A DNA stretch of 64,000 bases from Promethearchaeota archaeon (lineage in GTDB: Archaea > Asgardarchaeota > Lokiarchaeia > Sigyniarchaeales > SOKP01), in NCBI GenBank assembly GCA_011364925.1, contig RDOA01000003.1:72924-136923 (forward strand), given 5' to 3'. This document shows positions 8,766-17,895 of this stretch, one piece after another (the stretch's first letter is position 1; every line of letters starts with the position of its first letter). The notes under the pieces are model-generated. The model was not told the DNA's origin. It made no database searches and saw nothing but the letters and a program-made list of their open reading frames with translations. The position numbers were made by a program, and so were the translations under genes.

Positions 8766-9854
8766 ATGCAAAAATCAATGCAAAGAAAACTATTGTTGAT
8801 GTTTCTCCTTGGTTCAATATTTTTCGTAATTCCTATTGCGAGCTCTAATGGAACTACATTCACTCCAAAGAAGGTTGCAGAACAATCTCTGTCCGGTGCT
8901 ACAACTCACGTTTATTTGGATGGAGATTACGCATTCATGGGAGTTGGAACATCCGGTCTGGCCATCGTTGATATTTCCCACCCGAAAAATCCAGGAACCC
9001 CGGTCTATAGAGACACCTCCGGCAGGGCGTATAACCTTTGGGTAGAGGGAGGCTACGCCTATGTGGCAGATTTTGATAAGGGTTTAGCTGTCATTGATGT
9101 TTCCGACCCAACAAACCCAGGACCTGCTACGCACGTACTAACAACCCAAGCTTGTGGTGATGTATGTGTTAGTGGAAATTACGCTTATGTGGACGGTGGT
9201 GGCTTAGCGGTTATCGACATTTCTGACCCAGTGCATCCGAACCTGGTCGTAACCAAACCTTTAACTGGAATTCCGTATGGTCTTTGCGTGAGTGGAGAAT
9301 ACGCATACATAGCAACTGCTGATACTGGTTTGGCGATCGTCAATATTTCCGATCCGACCAATCCAGGAACTCCCATTTACGAAGATACGACCGGAACTGC
9401 GTGGGATGTGTGTGTAAGTGGCGGTTACGCCTATGTAACAACCGGTAGTACCGGTTTAGCGATTATCGATGTTTCCGACCCGACAAATCCGGGAACGCCT
9501 GTTTATAGAGACACGACAGGAACTGCATATTTTATTTTTCTAAACGGAAGTTACGCCTATATAGCGGCTGATACTGGAGGCGTGGCGATCATTGATGTAT
9601 CCGACCCGACAAATCCGGGAACGCCGACCTATATAGATGTGGAAGGTCAAGCAATTGATGTGTATGTCAGGGGAGACTATGCTTATGTGGCGGATGAACA
9701 TTACGGCTTGAAAGTCTACGATCTTTTCTATACTACTCCAGAACCTGGTATTCCATTCGATAATTTCTACTTATTATTTATTGGGTTTAGCGTACTATGC
9801 TTAGTATTCATCGTTTCAAAAAAACGCAAAATTACTAGTGAATCTCAAAAATAA
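8766..9854 (+). CDS. LVIVD-repeat (beta-propeller) surface protein with C-terminal TM anchor
   Basis: About 8 repeats of G(L/V)A(I/V)(I/V)D(I/V)SDPTNPG...Y.DT.G.A..V.V.G.YAYV. There is an N-terminal signal peptide, and the C-terminus is PEPGIPFDNFYLLFIGFSVLCLVFIVSKKRK. An AGGTGA Shine-Dalgarno motif precedes the ATG. Confidence 0.85.
   Translation: MQKSMQRKLLLMFLLGSIFFVIPIASSNGTTFTPKKVAEQSLSGATTHVYLDGDYAFMGVGTSGLAIVDISHPKNPGTPVYRDTSGRAYNLWVEGGYAYVADFDKGLAVIDVSDPTNPGPATHVLTTQACGDVCVSGNYAYVDGGGLAVIDISDPVHPNLVVTKPLTGIPYGLCVSGEYAYIATADTGLAIVNISDPTNPGTPIYEDTTGTAWDVCVSGGYAYVTTGSTGLAIIDVSDPTNPGTPVYRDTTGTAYFIFLNGSYAYIAADTGGVAIIDVSDPTNPGTPTYIDVEGQAIDVYVRGDYAYVADEHYGLKVYDLFYTTPEPGIPFDNFYLLFIGFSVLCLVFIVSKKRKITSESQK
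8950..9720 (+). repeat. Coding tandem repeats (~120 bp period) encoding the LVIVD blades
   Basis: Recurrent DNA strings, e.g. GATGTTTCCGACCCGACAAATCCGGGAACGCC at ~9469 and ~9589, with diverged copies near 9097 and 9343. Confidence 0.8.
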
Positions 9855-9875
9855 ATCAAAAATCTAATAATTAAT

Positions 9876-9909
9876 GTTAACACCTAATTGGTGTTAAACA
9901 AATTTTTTT
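9876..9909 (+). terminator. Perfect 9-bp hairpin plus T7
   Basis: GTTAACACC (9876-9884), loop TAATT, GGTGTTAAC (9890-9898), then T7 at 9903-9909. It lies 22 nt after the stop of ORF 8766..9854. Confidence 0.65.
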
Positions 9910-10170
9910 CTTATCTTTTACTGGATTTATAATGCATTTTATCATTTATTTTCAGATTTTATTAATCTTAGAATTCATTTACTAATTCAAGTGATATATA
10001 TGATTTTTAACGAAGTGAATAAATTGAACTTTATAGGGAAGATACATTAAGGTTATCTCTCTTTTCAAATCAAAAATCAATTACATTTAAAATTATAACA
10101 AACATAATATTTTAATTAAATATTATACAATAATGTATCTTTTTCAATCCAATAATTTAGGGACAGGGTC

Positions 10171-12246
10171 TTGTCTCATTCAAAACCTCAAGAATTGGTT
10201 CAGGTAAAACGACTCATTGATCTCGTAAGATTTGATGAAGCTAACCAATTAATTAAAGAGTTTGAGGAAAAACAAGGTCATGCTCTGTATGATGAAGTAC
10301 TATGTAATCTTTTCATGTGTGACATATTATATTACCAAGGATTATATGATGAGGTTATCAAGCTTGCGGAACAAACCTATAAAGAGAGTTTAAAATTAGG
10401 AAAAAACCTACTGTCAGTTGATGCCTTACTAAGAATGGCAGGTGCGTTATCTGGGCATCGTCAATGGGAAAAATTCTGCGATAGGATTAAGCAAGGAGAA
10501 GAGCTGTTAAAGTCATTGACACATGAATTACCAGAAGAATACAAACGAAGAAAGGCTTATTTAGCTCAACTGAAAGGAGATTATTACGAAGTAAAAAATA
10601 AGTTAGATAAGTCAATACAGCAGTTTGAAATCAGTATATCATTGTACGAAGAACTTGGCAATAAAATAGAGATTGTTTGGCCTATTTTAGGAATTGCCAC
10701 CGTGTTTTATTGGCATAAAGGCGATTTTGACGGTGCTTTAAAATATTTGGAGCGAGGGCTAGCAATCGCTAAGGAAAGCGGAAATATAAGGTGTATCGGG
10801 GCTTGTCTTAACCAGATGGCATATGTTCATTTTCTTAAAGGTGAGTTTGATCGCAGTATTATGCTTTTTGAGAAGAGCTTGACAATCTTCGAAGAAACTA
10901 ACCTTGACCTCTGGAGAGCAAGAATTTTTTGTCTTCTAGGGGAATGTTATGCAATGAAAGGGGAAATTAATCGTAGCATTAGATTTTTCGAACAAAGTTT
11001 AGAACTTTGGAAAAAAATAAAACATAAACCCATGATGGCTGATATCTTGAATAATGTATCTGAGTGTTATAGAATGAAAGGAGAATTTGAACATGCGTTA
11101 GAGTGTATAGAACAATCAATGGAGTTAAATCATGAGTTGGGAAACTTGGAAAGATTAGCTAATAATCACCTCTATTTTATTAAGATTTTAATTGATAGGG
11201 GTGAACTTACACGAGCATGGAGCTCTCTTCGTGATTTGGAGCAATTGAACAATCAATTAAAAGACAAAAAAATAAATTATTATTATCTATTTGTTAAAGC
11301 TTTACTATTGAAAACAAGTATGCGAGCCCGTAATAGAGTAAAAGCTGAAGAAATTTTCAATCAACTCCTCGAAGAGGAGTTATATATGGATTTAGATTAT
11401 GAATTGAATATGGGATCTCTTTTAAATTTATGCGAATTACTCCTTATTGAATTGCGCCTGATTAACGATGAAGAAATACTAGACGAAATTAATCCTCTAC
11501 TTGTTCAACTATTGAACAGCGCTGAAAAGTCAAATTCATACTGGATACTTGGTGAAACCTATCTGCTGAGAGCAAAACTCTCACTTTTAACCTTTGATGT
11601 TAAGAAGGCACAACTATTTTTAACCCAAGCTCAGAAGATCGCAGAATCGCACGGGATTAAACGACTAGCAATGCAAATTTCATATGAACACGATGAATTG
11701 CTTAAAAAAGCAAAAGTTTGGGAGAATTTAAAAGAGACAGAAGCACCATTATCAAAACGTTGGGAATTAGCTGGGTTAAACGAACAAATAGAGAAAATGG
11801 TTTGGAAACGAATAGTAGAATCTCCTGAAATCTCTGAAGAAGACCCCGTTATGATATTAATCTTAACTGAGGGTGGTAATCTTTTGTTCTCACAAAAATT
11901 TGTATCGGATTTTTCTTTTGAAGAAGATCTTCTGGGGAGCTTTTTAACTACGACACATTACTTTATTAATGCCGCCTTTTCTGAGGGCCTTGATAGAGCT
12001 GTTTTTGGTCAATATACTCTTCTTATGACGCCCCTTCAACCGTTTTTAATATGTTACATCTTTAAAGGGCACTCCTATTCTGCTCAATTTAAAATTACAA
12101 GTTTTATAGATTCTATACAAAAGGATAGAGATGTTTGGCAAACCTTACAAAAATTCTTCCAATTGAGCAGATCTGTTCACATAAACGATGTACCGATGCT
12201 AGATTCATTGATATCAAATATCTTTACTAAGAAAGTTTCTCAGTAG
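10171..12246 (+). CDS. TPR-repeat protein with C-terminal longin/roadblock-like domain (paralog 3, longer TPR array)
   Basis: 691-aa ORF with a TTG start. It has many TPR-like units (e.g. LNQMAYVHFLKGEFDRSIMLFEKSL). The C-terminal domain EDPVMILILTEGGNLLFSQKF...LLGSFLTTTHYFINAAFSEGLDRAVFGQYTLLMTPLQPFLICYIFKG is homologous to paralogs 1 and 2. Confidence 0.85.
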   Translation: MSHSKPQELVQVKRLIDLVRFDEANQLIKEFEEKQGHALYDEVLCNLFMCDILYYQGLYDEVIKLAEQTYKESLKLGKNLLSVDALLRMAGALSGHRQWEKFCDRIKQGEELLKSLTHELPEEYKRRKAYLAQLKGDYYEVKNKLDKSIQQFEISISLYEELGNKIEIVWPILGIATVFYWHKGDFDGALKYLERGLAIAKESGNIRCIGACLNQMAYVHFLKGEFDRSIMLFEKSLTIFEETNLDLWRARIFCLLGECYAMKGEINRSIRFFEQSLELWKKIKHKPMMADILNNVSECYRMKGEFEHALECIEQSMELNHELGNLERLANNHLYFIKILIDRGELTRAWSSLRDLEQLNNQLKDKKINYYYLFVKALLLKTSMRARNRVKAEEIFNQLLEEELYMDLDYELNMGSLLNLCELLLIELRLINDEEILDEINPLLVQLLNSAEKSNSYWILGETYLLRAKLSLLTFDVKKAQLFLTQAQKIAESHGIKRLAMQISYEHDELLKKAKVWENLKETEAPLSKRWELAGLNEQIEKMVWKRIVESPEISEEDPVMILILTEGGNLLFSQKFVSDFSFEEDLLGSFLTTTHYFINAAFSEGLDRAVFGQYTLLMTPLQPFLICYIFKGHSYSAQFKITSFIDSIQKDRDVWQTLQKFFQLSRSVHINDVPMLDSLISNIFTKKVSQ

Positions 12247-12346
12247 CATTATCTTTTTCTGTTAGTTTAATTTGCCAAAATTTTATATTAAACTAAAACC
12301 AATCTAACATTAAATACTTATAATTTGATTTAGATATAGAAATCTA

Positions 12347-12901
12347 ATGAAACCCTTTGAGGAATTTCGATTTAAAATTGTAATCTTAGGAGATGGTGCA
12401 GTAGGTAAAACATCCCTAATTCAGAAATTCACTAAAGGGGTATTTGAAAAAGAATATGTAAAAACAATCGGAGCTCAGTTTTCAAAATACAACAAAAAGA
12501 TTGATGGAGATATAATTAGATTAATATTTTGGGATATAGCAGGTCAGATAGATTTCAATTTTCTAAATCACTTATTTTATAAAGAAGCTAAAGCAGCAAT
12601 TATAGTATTTAGTCTCGAAACTAATGATTTGGGTCAAAAAAGTTTCATCCATATAACAAACTGGTATAAGGAATTAGAAAAGTATTGCGGTACTATTCCT
12701 GTTGTTACATTTGCGAATAAAGTTGATTTGGTGGATAAAAATAGATTAAATGAGTCTAAAATCCAAAAATTAGCCAAGGAAAATAACTTCCTTGGATATT
12801 ATATCACCTCTGCAAAAACAGGAGAGGGCGTAATAGAAGCTTTTAATGCTATTATTGATAAATTATATTTTAAATATAAAAAATTATCATCAATTGATTG
12901 A
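12347..12901 (+). CDS. Rab/Ras-like small GTPase (paralog of 5535..6089)
   Basis: GDGAVGKTS, YVKTIGAQF, WDIAGQ, NKVD, TSAKTG. 184 aa, colinear with the first GTPase, and 100 bp downstream of TPR-longin paralog 3. Confidence 0.9.
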   Translation: MKPFEEFRFKIVILGDGAVGKTSLIQKFTKGVFEKEYVKTIGAQFSKYNKKIDGDIIRLIFWDIAGQIDFNFLNHLFYKEAKAAIIVFSLETNDLGQKSFIHITNWYKELEKYCGTIPVVTFANKVDLVDKNRLNESKIQKLAKENNFLGYYITSAKTGEGVIEAFNAIIDKLYFKYKKLSSID

Positions 12902-13064
12902 TTTACAATTAATTCTCAAAGAATCTTAACTATGGGAATCTAAAAATAAAGCGAAGTAGAAATTAATTACATTTAATTTTATAAATTGTATATAATTTTA
13001 ATAAATAAGTTTAATCTGACTTACAAAGATCAAGTCAAATTTAACTCTTTTATGGTTGAATTAA

Positions 13065-14522
13065 ATGAGTGATTTAATATGCGTATTTGATATTGGCACC
13101 ACAGGTGCTAGAACAATTGTTTTTGATGTTTATGGTAAAGAAATTGCAAGAAGTTACGAAGAATATCCAACTATTAAACAGCCCGTAGGTGTTTCAGAGC
13201 AAGATCCTGAAGTATGGTGGAACAGTGTAAAAAATACTTGTAACCGAGTGATGAATAAAGTAAATGTCAACGATATTAGAGCAATAAGCGCCGGTATATT
13301 GCGTGTAAATTGTACCATATTAGACAGAGATAGAAAACCATTATATCCAATGATAATTGCAATGGATGAGAGGGGAGTAGATTTTGATAAAGAAGATGGA
13401 TTAAGGTTATCATTACCCAAAATCTTATGGATAAAGCAAGAAAGACCTGATTTATATGAAAAAATCTACAAAATTACTTTTCCAGATACTTATATTTATA
13501 TGAAACTATGTGAAAACGATCTCCTAATCACAGAACCAACAAATGGAATTTATGGTATAATGGATATCAAAACTCAAAAATGGGACCAAGAATTAGCCAG
13601 TAAGTACGATTTACCAATAGATTTATGGCCTGAAATCCGTACTCCTGGAGAAATACTAGGAGATATTTCCGCTAAAACTGCGAAAGAGCTTGGATTGAAA
13701 ACCAATATTCCCGTTATCTTAGGTGGAGGAGATCAACAATGTTCTGCTCTCGGAATGGGTGTAATAAATAAAGGTCAAGCTAAAATAACTATGGGAACGT
13801 ATACTTTTGCTAATTTGGTTACTGGAGATGAGCCAGCTGTCCCTCCAGGAGGAGACATTCCAATCTTCTCATTTCCCCATGTTATTAAAGGGAAATATAT
13901 GCTAGAAGGAGCAATGCCAGGAACTGGAATAGCCTTAAAATGGTTTAAGGATAACTTTTCACGTCTTCTTATTAGGAAATCTGAGGAGAGTAATCTAAAT
14001 ATTTACGATCTTCTGAGCCAGGAAGCCAAGGAAGTAAAACCAGGAAGCGAGGGTTTATTATTTATCCCATTACAGATGTTCAGGAAAGGAACAATCTATG
14101 GTATGGGGTGGAATCATACTCGAGCTCACATGGTTCGATCAATAATGGAAGCATCTGCTTTAAGCGCTCAAATGTATTTAGGGCTAATCGAAGCAGTAAA
14201 TCGCTCTAAAAGCACAGAAGTGGTAGCTGATGGTGGAGGAATGAACAGCGATGTTTGGGCTCAAATACTTGCTGATGTGACAAATAGAAAGATAATTATT
14301 CCTGAAAATAAAGACTGTTCTGCATTAGGTGCTGCTATTTTAGGATTTTGGGGCAATGGGATTTATAGTAATATTGAAGATGCCATACAAAATATGGTCA
14401 GATTCGAGAAAGAATTTAATCCTATTCAAGAAAATGTCAAGGTCTATAAGAAATTAAATAGATTATTCATGCCTACAGTTTTAGATCTCTACAACAAAAA
14501 TCGTATCACTAAAAATCTCTAA
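13065..14522 (+). CDS. FGGY-family carbohydrate kinase (xylulokinase/glycerol-kinase-like)
   Basis: N-terminal FDIGTTGARTIVFD, central GGGDQQCSALGMG, C-terminal ADGGGMNSDVWAQILADV. Confidence 0.8.
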   Translation: MSDLICVFDIGTTGARTIVFDVYGKEIARSYEEYPTIKQPVGVSEQDPEVWWNSVKNTCNRVMNKVNVNDIRAISAGILRVNCTILDRDRKPLYPMIIAMDERGVDFDKEDGLRLSLPKILWIKQERPDLYEKIYKITFPDTYIYMKLCENDLLITEPTNGIYGIMDIKTQKWDQELASKYDLPIDLWPEIRTPGEILGDISAKTAKELGLKTNIPVILGGGDQQCSALGMGVINKGQAKITMGTYTFANLVTGDEPAVPPGGDIPIFSFPHVIKGKYMLEGAMPGTGIALKWFKDNFSRLLIRKSEESNLNIYDLLSQEAKEVKPGSEGLLFIPLQMFRKGTIYGMGWNHTRAHMVRSIMEASALSAQMYLGLIEAVNRSKSTEVVADGGGMNSDVWAQILADVTNRKIIIPENKDCSALGAAILGFWGNGIYSNIEDAIQNMVRFEKEFNPIQENVKVYKKLNRLFMPTVLDLYNKNRITKNL

Positions 14523-14669
14523 ATACCCTAGAGAAAAAAAAGCAATTTAGCTTTAATTTTTTTTAATCCTTTTACTATTCTATCATACCATAAGTATAAA
14601 GGCAATAGCATCTTCAATTTTTAATGGTCATCTGTATTAATGACAAAAAAGTAAAAATGGTAGTAGATA

Positions 14670-15191
14670 ATGGAACAAAAAATGGAACAAGATATTTTTT
14701 TAAAATTTGATGAAGCTATTCAGAAACTGGAAAAGAATTTACCAAATGAAATGCCTAGTGGGTGTGCAGAAGCAACTATGAAAAACATTTTGAACATATT
14801 AGGAATGGAAGAAACATTGATAGATAATATTATGATCCCCTTATCTGGGGGATTTGGTGGCTACAAGTCAGAAGAGGGGAGGTTTGGACCATGTGGGGCT
14901 GTAGTTGGAGGCTGTGGAGCTGTTGGGTTAATCTTAGCTGGAAAAGAAAAAATGGATCAAAGTAAAGTGCTTCCTGCTTATTTAAAATCAGCACAATTTG
15001 CTAAAGAATTCGAGAAGGAATTCGGTTCAATAGTTTGTCCAAATCTATCTGGATATGATTTCAGTGATCCTAATAATATTATGAAATACATGGAAGAGGG
15101 AGTCTGGGGGAAAAAATGCTATAAATATGTGTTGTGGGCAATTGATAACATAAGAAAACTCATGAGAAAAGAACTGAAAAAGAATTGGTAA
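14670..15191 (+). CDS. C_GCAxxG_C_C-family putative redox-active protein
   Basis: GPCGAVVGGCGAVG core with flanking conserved Cys (SGCAEA..., IVCPNL, KKCYKY). Confidence 0.55.
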   Translation: MEQKMEQDIFLKFDEAIQKLEKNLPNEMPSGCAEATMKNILNILGMEETLIDNIMIPLSGGFGGYKSEEGRFGPCGAVVGGCGAVGLILAGKEKMDQSKVLPAYLKSAQFAKEFEKEFGSIVCPNLSGYDFSDPNNIMKYMEEGVWGKKCYKYVLWAIDNIRKLMRKELKKNW

Positions 15192-15427
15192 ATTGCTATT
15201 TTCATTTTAAATCATCTATTTTTTTTAATTTTATCTATGAATAATCACTTTAATGGTTAAAAGAAATCAACAAACGAGATCGTTTAAACGAAACTTTGAT
15301 CAACTAATTTTTTTGAATACATGAAAATAAATACATAAATTCTTATATTTAACTAATAATTCAATCTAATCAAAACAAATGTTTTTAATAATTCTTTGAT
15401 GATAAAAACTTTAGATCTGAAAATTCT

Positions 15428-15706
15428 ATGGGAAATGAATCTAAACCAGAATTAGTTAAAAGAATTAAATCCGAATATCATAAAAATCTGAAAGATTTAG
15501 AAGCAAACTTAGCGGAACAGCATAAAGAGTTAAGTCAAATTGAACAAAAATTGCAGCACGAATCAAAAAAGAGGTATACTTCAACTACTTCCATGCTTTC
15601 TAAACTTAAAGCTGAAAAACTCGATGTAAATTCTAAGATTAGGAGCTTAAAAAAAGAGATCAAACGCCTAAGAGCGGATTATCTCAAAAAGATAAAAAAA
15701 ATATAA
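15428..15706 (+). CDS. small coiled-coil protein, unknown function
   Basis: 92-aa K/E/L-rich ORF with a heptad-like pattern and no recognisable motif. Confidence 0.45.
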   Translation: MGNESKPELVKRIKSEYHKNLKDLEANLAEQHKELSQIEQKLQHESKKRYTSTTSMLSKLKAEKLDVNSKIRSLKKEIKRLRADYLKKIKKI

Positions 15707-15784
15707 TAAATTGATATTCCCTCTTTTCTTATAATTAGGAAAAAACATAAATATTGATCACATAATTAGGTCTATTGAATAACC

Positions 15785-15937
15785 GTGAAAAAGAACAATA
15801 ACTCAATCCATATCACAAAAGCAGACGTAGAAAGAGCATTTAAAAAAGCAGAACAATTCAAACGCTTGCTTAAGCAAGGAAGAACTAAGGAGCATATATT
15901 TAAAGAAATGCTGAGGTTGATTGAAGGTGGAGAGTAA
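15785..15937 (+). CDS. possible small ORF (50 aa, GTG start) overlapping the start of the nucleotidyltransferase-like gene
   Basis: My own translation gives VKKNNNSIHITKADVERAFKKAEQFKRLLKQGRTKEHIFKEMLRLIEGGE*. It is below the ORF-track size cutoff and overlaps ORF 15921 by 17 nt. Confidence 0.25.
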   Translation: MKKNNNSIHITKADVERAFKKAEQFKRLLKQGRTKEHIFKEMLRLIEGGE

Positions 15938-16520
15938 TTTAACTCAAACTATTTTTGGCATCACAACCCACCTCAAAATTCCAGCGATTATTCTTGGCGG
16001 TTTAGCTCTTCCAGCATATAATGTGTTCAGAACAACTTTGGATGTTGATATATGCGTTTTTATAAAAACTCAAGAGAGATTAGATGAATTAATTAACGCT
16101 TTAAAGAAAAAAAATATAATAACTCTACAACAACCTAAAATCCATCACGATTTGTTTACTGTTTTCAAAGATAATTCTGAGGCTGAAATATGGTTAAAAC
16201 CATGTGATGCGTTTTCATGGGATCAACAGATGGTTGAAAAAATTCAGCATTATACTGATGATGTCTTTGTCTTAGCTATAGAAGATTATATCTTAACAAA
16301 GTTAGCAAGAAGCGATCGCAGCTCGATTGATATTGACGACATCCTCCAGATCTTAATCAATAATCATAATGAGATTGACTGGAAATATCTACACTTTAGA
16401 ATAGAATGGGTAAATTTCGTGCAAGACTTTAAAGAAATTTTACGAGCTTTTGAAATTGGTATAGATAAAAAGTTCCAAAAAATTGCTAAAGAAATCATTG
16501 AAAAATTTAATGAAAAGTAA
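15921..16520 (+). CDS. minimal nucleotidyltransferase-fold protein (DUF6036/MNT-like)
   Basis: LGGLALPAYNVFRTTLDVDICV fits the G[GS]...DxD NTase motif. 199 aa with a helical C-terminal half. Confidence 0.5.
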   Translation: MKVESNLTQTIFGITTHLKIPAIILGGLALPAYNVFRTTLDVDICVFIKTQERLDELINALKKKNIITLQQPKIHHDLFTVFKDNSEAEIWLKPCDAFSWDQQMVEKIQHYTDDVFVLAIEDYILTKLARSDRSSIDIDDILQILINNHNEIDWKYLHFRIEWVNFVQDFKEILRAFEIGIDKKFQKIAKEIIEKFNEK

Positions 16521-16594
16521 AAATGGGCTATCCCCTGTAAGAGGAAACTGATTAAACCAGCTAAGTCATTAAATAGTTTTTTCGTCGTTTTAAT

Positions 16595-17701
16595 TTAAAA
16601 CAAGAAGTTTATGGGGAGTCTTTTAGGATGGTCATTTTTTACTTTAACCATTTTAATTGCGTTATTAGGACAATTCGCAGCGCAAACACCACATCCTACG
16701 CAGAATTCTTCTCTGACTTTCATTCTTTCGTCTGATAGATCGGGTTTACTTGGCCAAAGATGATAAATCGCTTCATTTTGGCATTTGTTCATACAAATTT
16801 CGCATTTTGTGCAGAGGTCCATGTCAAATCTAGGAACAAAATTTGTCTCAACTACACCCTTATAGTCGTATTTCTTTGCTGGAAGTAATACTCCACAATG
16901 ACAACTGCAACAGTTACAAATAAACCGTGAGCTTTCTTTACTCGTATCCGCAATTGTATTATGAATAAGACCAGCTTTCTCAGTTTTTCTAAGAAAGTCA
17001 ATAGCCTCCTCTTTAGTTAACCTTCTTGCCTTCCCTCGATTAATCCATTTTTCTGCGCCTTCTCCAACAACAAAACATCCCAATTCGGAACTCGCGACTT
17101 TACAAGGTTCTCCCGTTAATTCTCCAATTAACCGGCATTGGCACGGAATGACTGCAAAAGTATCGTTTTTATCAATCATATCTTTTACTACCTCAAAAGG
17201 GAGAACCTGATTCTCGACCTCAAAGGATTCCTCCACTTTAATTAGCTTTTCTTCAGAATCGTATGGAAGTAATGGACGGAATCCTTTTCGAATGCTATTA
17301 ACATTCTCCAAATCGGGTGCCTTATTTTTAAAAATGTATCGGTATAATTCAGCTACTTTTAGTTGATTTTCTTCGGTATCTTGACGTTTTATAAAATATG
17401 ATTCAAATATACCAGGGACAAGAGGCATTAACCTATAGTCTGAATCGGTCTTTATTATCGTTCCAATATTTACTGATCTCTCTAATATTTCTTCTATTTC
17501 TTGTTCTGGAATACCAGTCTTTTTGCTTAAATTTTTTAGTGAATTTTTTTTGCCAACACTGTCAAAATGGGAAAGTAATTTTATCTCTTCTTCATTCCAG
17601 AGGATCTTCATCAATTTGAAAATTTCCTTGCGGTTAGGTGCTGTAATTCTTCCAATTTGCAGTTTTTGCCTTACGTTTTCGTAATTATCAACTTCAGTCA
17701 T
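16595..17701 (-). CDS. 4Fe-4S dicluster domain protein
   Basis: C-terminal CTKCEICMNKCQNEAI and CVGCGVCAANCPNNAI ferredoxin motifs, plus additional Cys clusters (CQCRL, CNCCSCHC). Confidence 0.7.
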   Translation of the reverse strand: MTEVDNYENVRQKLQIGRITAPNRKEIFKLMKILWNEEEIKLLSHFDSVGKKNSLKNLSKKTGIPEQEIEEILERSVNIGTIIKTDSDYRLMPLVPGIFESYFIKRQDTEENQLKVAELYRYIFKNKAPDLENVNSIRKGFRPLLPYDSEEKLIKVEESFEVENQVLPFEVVKDMIDKNDTFAVIPCQCRLIGELTGEPCKVASSELGCFVVGEGAEKWINRGKARRLTKEEAIDFLRKTEKAGLIHNTIADTSKESSRFICNCCSCHCGVLLPAKKYDYKGVVETNFVPRFDMDLCTKCEICMNKCQNEAIYHLWPSKPDLSDERMKVREEFCVGCGVCAANCPNNAIKMVKVKNDHPKRLPINFLF

Positions 17702-17895
17702 ATTATAAAGAACAGTAAGATTGATTTAAAGCTTAACGGTTTTGACATTATTGACAAAAATGTGAATTGTAAGAATTCTATTGAAACGCATTATTATACG
17801 TTTAAATATTTTTTCTTTTCTTGAAAAATCTTGAATCAAAATACCTCCTCATAACCAGTTTTTTCTTTTATAAGTAGAAACCTGAAGATAAATTT

